Source: Tubiluchus corallicola (lineage: Eukaryota; Animalia; Priapulida). Taken from it: a stretch of 48,102 nt of DNA. Location of the stretch: NCBI GenBank assembly GCA_030141605.1, contig JAQGDQ010001311.1:1-48102 (forward strand), in the 5' to 3' direction. The notes under the pieces were generated by a model. The model worked only from the letters and a program-made list of their open reading frames with translations. It did not search any database and was not told where the DNA came from. How positions within the stretch are numbered: position 1 is the first letter of the stretch; every line of letters starts with the position of its first letter. Shown piece by piece: positions 1 to 48,102 of the stretch. The position numbers were made by a program, and so were the translations under genes.

Positions 1-26
1 CCCCCTCTCTCTCTCTCTCTCTCTTC

Positions 27-100
<74 letters not shown>
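1..100. repeat. (CT)n microsatellite
   Basis: Direct reading. Confidence 0.95.
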
Positions 101-612
101 ATTGCCTTTTTTCTTGCTATGGATACGTTCTTTCGCGTAATTTTTCTAATGAATTCTTCATTGCACTTTTTCTCGCAAGAACGTTCCTGAAATAGCGTGT
201 GATGTTTGCTTTCCAATAAGCAGCAACTTTCATCTCTCACCTGCTGTCTAGGTGATGCTAAAATGTGTGATAATAAATAATTTACGCTCAGACGAAGACG
301 CCACCGACTGTGCTTTTCTTGGATAATTAATAGCGCAAGGTCGCCCTGAGGGGGGAATTCTGGGGCCTTTCTTGTTTGCGTTAATTGTAACGCTGGTTAT
401 TAAAGACTGCAAATCTTTCAATTATGAAAACGAACATTAAGAAGTATTAGAATTTTAATGAATTTAGATTCTAATGCTTAATTTTTTAGACTAATTGATG
501 TGTTAATTAATTAATTGATCGATTATTAAAAGTTTGTTGTAAAACCGAACTGCATATAACCTGATTAATGCAGTGACCATGCAATTAAAACATTTTCTAC
601 TTTTTTGTTTAG

Positions 613-40766
<40,154 letters not shown>

Positions 40767-40976
40767 CGTTTGCCGATTCGTAGCGACTATAATAGAGCTG
40801 TGATATTGTTAACCTGATTGGTGCAAGATTTTTTATATCCGGAGATTAAGACCGTGTTTTGACGGAGGATCAAAAATACGATCCGCTGTCAGGCTGTTGT
40901 TATTAATGCTGTTTAACCTGCTATAAGACCCGTATTTTCAAAACTCATGCAGGTATTAGCTTTTTCAGTGGCTTTA

Positions 40977-41608
40977 CAGGGTTCCCACAGAACTTTAAAA
41001 TAAATTTTCCTGACTTTTCCCTGACCAAATATTGATTTTCCATGACCATCAGCTGAAATTGCATTACCAGTATACGTATATAAACATTTTTGTATATGGA
41101 CATTCATACATATACCGATATATAATGTGATGGCACAGTTGCAGTAGTGCTAACGAAATTACACTAATCACATTAAATAAACTTTCTTAATCCAATCATT
41201 ATTTTTGAACAGAATTTGCCGCCCTTTCCAATTTCCCTGATTTTCCGTTCCTTTTTCATCATTTTCCCTGATTTTTACCCCATTTTCATCATTTTCCCTG
41301 ATTTTTACCCCATTTTCATCATTTTCCCTGACTTTTTACCCCATTTTCATCATTTTCCCTGATTTTTACCCCATTTTCATCATTTTCCCTGACTTTTTAC
41401 CCCATTTTCATCATTTTCCCTGATTTTTACCCCATTTTCATCATTTTCCCTGACTTTTTACCCCATTTTCATCATTTTCCCTGACTTTTTACCCCATTTT
41501 CATCATTTTCCCTGACTTTTTACCAAATTATCTCTTTCCTCGACTTTTCCAAGACTTTCCAAGATCAGCCTGTATTTTCAAGGATTTTTCCCGACTGTGG
41601 GAACCCTG
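40977..41608. mobile_element. hAT-like MITE (5-bp TSD, hAT5-like) with internal 30-bp array
   Basis: TIR CAGGGTTCCCACAG; cttta on both flanks; (ttttcatcattttccctgatttttacccca)n at ~41252-41524. Confidence 0.8.
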
Positions 41609-41962
41609 CTTTAGTGGTACTGAGGAAATACCTGTTGGATGCCCTAACCTTACCTGGATTCCCATGATTAGTGAATAGCAAATCAATTCGTTAGTGATTG
41701 GCTGCACAAATCTTCTAAAATCTAAATGTTAAACCTTTGAAATATTGACCAGCCAGGTGCGTTTCTCACCTGCTACAACCGACGCCAGTGAAGTGGGAAT
41801 ATTAATAACGATCTTCCAAATTAATTACACTCGTATCTCGGTTTGCCAGACAAATGCGGTCAGACGGTCTGTCCGAATTTGCCTATTGTGTCCGTATTTA
41901 CCGTTCCTAAGCTAATACAGCAGGTGCCGCGTATTAGACTCACAGTAATGTAGAATCAATCG

Positions 41963-42151
41963 TCTAATTGTCTCAAAAACATCTAGTACGGGCCGCTCTT
42001 ATGCAAAAGTATGTAAAAAATAACTCTGACTCAAACAACTCTGCATAATTGACTCTGTACTTTTACATATAGAAATATACACGTGGTTATACTGATGTAA
42101 TGAGGTAAACAAAGTGACTGCCCGCCAACTAGCGGTCAGTTCACGAAACAA
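41963..42151 (-). mobile_element. Diverged internal fragment of hAT family B
   Basis: Reverse complement of family B core. Confidence 0.65.
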
Positions 42152-42903
42152 GCTGGGACTTTTTTACCTGTCCAGATTTTGTCCGGTTTTTCCAATATCC
42201 ATAAAAGCGAGATCTGGCCAATCGAGATATGACTGTATTGCATCTAGTAGAACAGTGAGTTCCCATATTGCATCCATTAGAACAGTGAGTTCCCAAATTT
42301 TCATTCTCTCATGACTCAATTTCAGTGTTCAATTGGCGACTCATTTCAATTGTACAGCCGGCATGGATGAAACCAAACATTATAATATTATCATTAATCA
42401 TGATCGCATTTTACACTAGGGAGTCGTCTTATAGTTCATTAATGCTGTTCTTCATTAATCAAGCTCGTTGATTAGAAATTTTAACGAGGATTGGCTCAAT
42501 TGACGACCATGAATATTACAATAGTGAGTAAATACACCACTGGATAAAGCCTAGCGTAGAAACAGAACTTAAAGCCAACGCCCTCCAAGGACAGATTCCT
42601 CGCCGTTCAGCTGATTAATTTTGTCTCGCAGCTCATCAAGAAACTGAAAACAGTTGATGCTGAAAACAGGACTTTTTGATATTTGCTTTCTAAGTAATCC
42701 GTGAGTCAAGGAAACATCCTTCGGGACCGTTGATTTGGGGATCAGTGCAAGTGAGTTTTAAGAAATCCAAGATATTTTTACGTAAAATTGTTCTACTGAT
42801 GATTTGAGGGTTTTTAGATCCTGTTTTTAATTGCCAAACTGCGTTGGATTTTATATATTGCCGTTCATTGCTTGAAATGGTGGTCCGTTATTGTTGCTTT
42901 ATC

Positions 42904-43619
42904 TAGTGGCGGCTCGTGTGTAGGTACGGTGGAACTGCAGCACCTTGTTTTCACTCAATATTATCAATGAAATTCAATAAGTCTTTTGTCTTTAGTTCTT
43001 TCTTTATACTTGTACAGAGCCAGAGCACGTGAGGGTAGCATTGTGTGGCTTCACAATCCAGCGCAGTGTGTTCCAGCAATGCGGTGTTTGGCTGTGTATG
43101 CATGCGGCCGTGTGCACATGTCTGAGCTCAGGTAGAGAAAGTACTGTCGCTCACACAGTTTCTTGTCAATTGTCACAAGTTTACCGTGAATGGATCCGAG
43201 TTCAAGTAGAGAAAGTACTGTCGCTCACACAGTTTCTTGTCAATAGACACGTGTTTGAATGTATCGATTTACACATTATCAAAACAATGGCTAAAAATTT
43301 GCATTGTTTCACATTGTTACATTAAATATTTGTTTCGTTTTACACATTATCAAAACAATGGCTAAAAATTTGCATTGTTTTCCATTGTTACATTAAATGT
43401 TTGTTTCGTTTTACACATTATCAAAACAATGGCTAAAAATTTGCATTGTTTCACATTGTTACATTAAATATTTTTGTTTCGTTTTACACATTATCAAAAC
43501 AATTGCAAATTACAACGTTAAAGTTATACACGTTTGTTTCGTTTTGCACAGTATTAAAGCAATAGCTAAGTATTCTCTGAAGCAGCACCCCCACTAATTC
43601 TACCTACGAGCTGCCACTG
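42904..43619. mobile_element. hAT MITE with internal ~71-bp array
   Basis: TIR YAGTGGCGGCTCGT...ACGAGCTGCCACTG; TSD gctttatc/gcttcatc. Confidence 0.8.
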
Positions 43620-43980
43620 GCTTCATCAAAGCTTCTACTAATCGTGTACAAATTGTTACCAAAGATACTACAGAGCTTCCATGATAATCAGGCAGTGCAT
43701 GAACTTTTGCTTTGTGAAAGTCTTCAATGTGAAAGTCATTGATCATCAGAAAGAGAGATTGTCTTGTGAAAGTATTTATTATTGTTTTATCTCAGCCTCA
43801 TGGACCGTTTGATTAGCTGTGTGTAAATACTGTACGAATATTATACTTATTTTCACAACAAACAAAGAGCAGACTGCAACTTTTATTTTTCTTCTTTCTT
43901 CTGTTTTTGTTTTAATGTTATATACGTGATTCACACCGAAACTTTGTTGTATTCGGACAGCAAAAAGGATGTACTGTTCA

Positions 43981-44345
43981 AATGAGCCTTTTCATAGTTC
44001 CAGCAGTTGATGATGAAGGTCAAAGGTCAAATGAACCAGACAACGTATTTGTGTAAACTTGACAATGCCTCGCAGCCCTTGCTGCTATAATAGTAACAGT
44101 TTTAACAGCTGGCTAGAACCTTACCTAGTTCATTTTTTCTTGTTTTCAAGCAATAATGTGCTAGTAAATCACTATACTCGCAGACTAATGCATAATAGAA
44201 CAGCTGAAGTTAGTGAACTGATGCAGCAGACGGTTTTGCTTTACCCACGTCACGTGATGCTCATAGTTAAGAAGCGTTATTGTGGTACGCTTAAACTTTG
44301 ACCTACAGCAACCGCGCGTGTGCATAACAAAACTGTGAAAACGTT
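43981..44345 (+). mobile_element. MITE family A copy
   Basis: Same core and TIRs. Confidence 0.85.
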
Positions 44346-44759
44346 GCAGAAGGATCGAGAGCGAATCCTCAAAATTAAAGTCGTTCCTTATTTATGAATG
44401 TCATCCTCATTCATCACGCATTCGTAAGACTAAGCAAATGTATATACAAAAACAGCAATGTATTTCTATGCTAAAACTTTATTAAGAACTAACATCATGA
44501 TAAATTTATAAATATAATTTTTTACATTCGTATATACAAAAAATCTTCACACACAAACGTAAGCAATAACAAGGCTTTAATATAGATTAAAACAATGCAG
44601 TGTATCATAAATATAATAATATACACTACTTGAATATTCACAAAAGCACTATAAATTGGAAACTAAATTATCCAAAGGATCCTAACAATTAAACAAATAA
44701 ATAATGCTGATCCAGCAGCTAATAACTACATCATTATTAATAAATAATGGAGAAATAAT

Positions 44760-45180
44760 CAAGTGTCAAACTATGCAAAAGTGAAAAACTGACGTCATTA
44801 ACAGCCAGTATAATAATCAAGTCATTTGACAAAAGTTTATACGGTATTGGAAATGATTACACCTGTCGTCGATAGATGGCAGCACAATGTAATCACAATA
44901 ACGCAAGTGTCAAACTATGCAAAAGTGAAAAACTGACGTTAATAACAGCCTCTATAGTAATTAACTCATATGACAAAAGTTTATACGGTATCGGAAATGA
45001 TTACACCTGTCGTCGATAGATGGCAGCACAATGTAATCACAATAATGCAACTGTCAAACTATGCAAAAGTGAAAAACTGACGTCATTAAAAGCTACTATG
45101 GTAATTAAGTCATTTGACAAAGTTTATATGGTATTGGAAATGATTACTCCTGTTGTCGATAGATGGCAGCACAATGTAAT
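44760..45180. repeat. 144-bp tandem repeat, 3 copies
   Basis: tgtcaaactatgc at 44764, 44908, 45052. Confidence 0.9.
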
Positions 45181-48102
45181 GACAAGAATAACGTATCGAG
45201 ATAGACGTTTCAGTAACACAAATTGAACAGCTAAAACAAATGTTCTTGCAGAACTGTGTAAGATTTCCTCAAAACGAAATCAACAAGCAAAGAATAAATT
45301 ACTGACACAAGATTGTAGAAACTCTTGAGATTTCGCTAAAGACAGACATAATCTACTTCTTACAGAAAGTTTACAAATGAGAACAATTATGCTTGTGCAT
45401 GATTTACATGTAGTAATAATGTGGAAAACATTAACAAAAAATCAATAATCTAATGCACTTTATACTACATTATGTTACAAAGTGTTTCTAAATTTCATTA
45501 CGTTTATCTAAACTAGGCCAAAATAAACAAATTTCTTTGGCACTTGAAAATACAAATAATGTACCCGATATTCAACACACCCAACAATAACTGACAAATG
45601 GGTCTTTGCGTAATAATACAAGCTGTTTTAACATATTAAAATACTTTGCTGGGATTGGTGAACATTGTCACATGACCACAATCACTTGCTGGGATTGGTG
45701 AACATTGTCACATGACCACAATTGCACCTCTTGCAAGCAAATTCATAGTCGTTAAAATACCATATCAAAAATAGTATTGAACAGGAAAACCATTTGCAGC
45801 CAATATAGAACAACTGAAGTTGGTGGACTGATGTAGCAGACGGTTTTGCTTTACCCGCATGTCACATCCAGTCAAATTGTTGCATTTCAAAGCCGACGGC
45901 AATATTTACAAGTCTGAGACGAGATCGACGTATTTAAATACAAAAGTTTGACAGAGAAGTACGACTATTGGTAGTTGATAATTATTATCACAACGATTCA
46001 TTCACTGAGGAGTTTAATGAGGTGCATGACAGTAGAAAAATAGTTAACTCTTAAATTGAAACTTTTGAAGCAGCAACTTGGAATTCAGAAAGTTGCGCTA
46101 CTGATAAAGAAATCTCGAGATCGGTGCTTTGGCGTGACTTACATACTACGTAAAAATAAGCAAAATAAGTGTAAAGAGTATTCATGTAGCATCCGGAATG
46201 TGTTATGGGTTACTCACTTGCAGAATAAAAATCAATGGGAAATAACTGCAGAAAAAATAATGTGTAATGCAGGTCTGACAAACGGTTGCATTGAAAACAA
46301 TATAAACCGATTTTACCTATTCCGCACCACCATAACCCTACCGCATCCGGATGCTACATAAACGCTACTTAAGACTCCTGCTAATACGTAAGTCAATAAA
46401 AGAAATTAGATAAAGGAAAAAACAAACAATTTTGATGCAATGTTATAGGTTATCCACTTGCGAAATAGCTATGGAATAAATATGTATAATGCTTCACATT
46501 CCGGATGCTACGTAAACGTTACTCAATGCTCCTGCTAATACGTAGGTCGATAAAAGAAATTAGATGTTGGAAAAAACAAACAATTTCGTTGCAATCTACC
46601 GTTTGCAGCGGGAAAATTTCCAAACAACTACAATCAAGTTTCAAAATAAGAGTGAGAAAACAATTTTTGTGAATTTTTCCAAAAGTAACTGGTTATTTCT
46701 AGTCAACTTGCTTCTCTGAACAGCAGAGAGATTGATAAAGGACTAAAACCTTTCAAAACAAACATTCCTACGAAATGAATTTATACTGAATGCTACAAGT
46801 TATGAACATTCTACACACAAACTCAAACTGTAAAACAAAAAGCATGTTTTACTTCACAAAGTTACACCCAAATAACAAAATACAGGTTTCTAAGTGAAAA
46901 ACATTTCAACTACAACTGCCCTAGCAAATTTAACGTTTCTCAAGAACGCCTGTAGGGGGCAGTGTTTACACAAGTGACTATGAATCAGTCTGGCTTCCGT
47001 ATTTCCTAGAACAGTCATCCCAATCGATACGTGACTCAGCACAAAAGGCTGCTGGCCTGGATCCAACATTCTAACAAGTTTGATCAGTAAGTAAACGCCT
47101 AATAGCTGTGAAATCTTGGAAAATGCAAGAAAGTTCCAGCAAAGTGAGGAAGGCTGCTACTTACACAGTTTCTGCAAACATTTGACAATGAGAACACTGC
47201 AAGAAGAAATCAAAGCTATCAAAACGCTATGACGTGTGTTCCCTTCGAAACACAAAAAATAACCAAATTACTCAAATGTCAGTTTAAAAACTTTCTAAAA
47301 ACATTAAAAACAATTGTGCCATTACAGACCTCATCAAAACACAGCACTTCTAAAAAAACTCAAACAATGTTGTGCATAAAATTTAAATGTATGAGGATCA
47401 GACGAAGCAATAACTTTTCCTACGCAAATTTGCTGTTGAGAGAAATCATTTTTTGCAAATTTCCATCGATTTTTTGCAAATTTCCATCGATTTTTTGCAA
47501 ATTTCCATCGTTCTTTTATTGCAAACTTTCCAGACGTGAGGAATTAAACACTGGCGTGACACTAGCTTCACTAAGACGAAAAAGTTGACCGTTTCGGGTC
47601 ACACAAAACCACATTGAAGGGTTTCCGACTATACACACGAATCCCTCGTTTCCAGGGAAGTCCGTCTATTAAGTAATTCTCACGGTGGCGTCATTTCAAG
47701 TGCTGCTCTTTCTAGACAAAGAAAAACAATGACCTTGAACTAAATGGTTATTACTCTAATGAAGAATTCAGCGTTAAGAATGAAACAAATTACAGTAATT
47801 TATTTTACTCCCTGAAACAGATAAGTAACTTCTCTTTAAGTTCATAAAAAAAACATCTGAAGTTTCTTGAAGAGGAATTGAACCTACGACTTTTCAATGC
47901 CAGTCAGACGCGCTAAGTACATTTCTGACTCAGTACATAAACGGTTGCTATGGTAGGATAATTTTAAAAAAACACAAGGCTACATTATCATCAGCCATTA
48001 TTAGCGTCAAAAGTTGTCAGCAGTTAAACTTACCAACACAGCAGTCAGCTAAGCTGCACGCTCGTCAAACAGGCAGCACGATCACCGGCTGGTGAAACAA
48101 AT

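Noticed and set aside
42574-42650. Minus-strand terminal exon candidate FLDELRDKINQLNGEESVLGGRWL* after ctgttttcag
   Set aside because: Short, no recognisable homology, and no partner exon found in the window.
47870-47916. tRNA-like B box on the minus strand
   Set aside because: Too degenerate; at most an old SINE head.

Overview
AT-rich animal (probably invertebrate) genomic DNA. One + strand gene dominates: TMTC3 (ER protein O-mannosyltransferase, transmembrane domain plus TPR repeats). I reconstructed 16 phase-consistent GT-AG coding exons from 613 to the stop at 40766 (~759 codons); the 5' exons lie upstream of the window. The introns are packed with non-autonomous DNA transposons (hAT, piggyBac, Kolobok-like and an unclassified TIR MITE), LINE fragments (RTE, CR1/L2-like, CCHC-type), a tRNA-derived SINE, Penelope-like fragments and more than a dozen local tandem arrays. 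Most notable: (1) tandem arrays that multiply TMTC3 splice sites: four 68-bp acceptor copies and ~15 68-bp donor copies on consecutive exons, with only one productive site in each; (2) a ~490-bp internally deleted RTE element that begins exactly at the cleavage site of a twister ribozyme; (3) a perfect 19-bp inverted repeat bracketing a 222-nt in-frame exon pair; (4) Penelope-type hammerhead remnants; (5) a possible nested antisense gene. Family assignments come from remembered motifs, not database searches. Exon numbers count only exons observed in this window.
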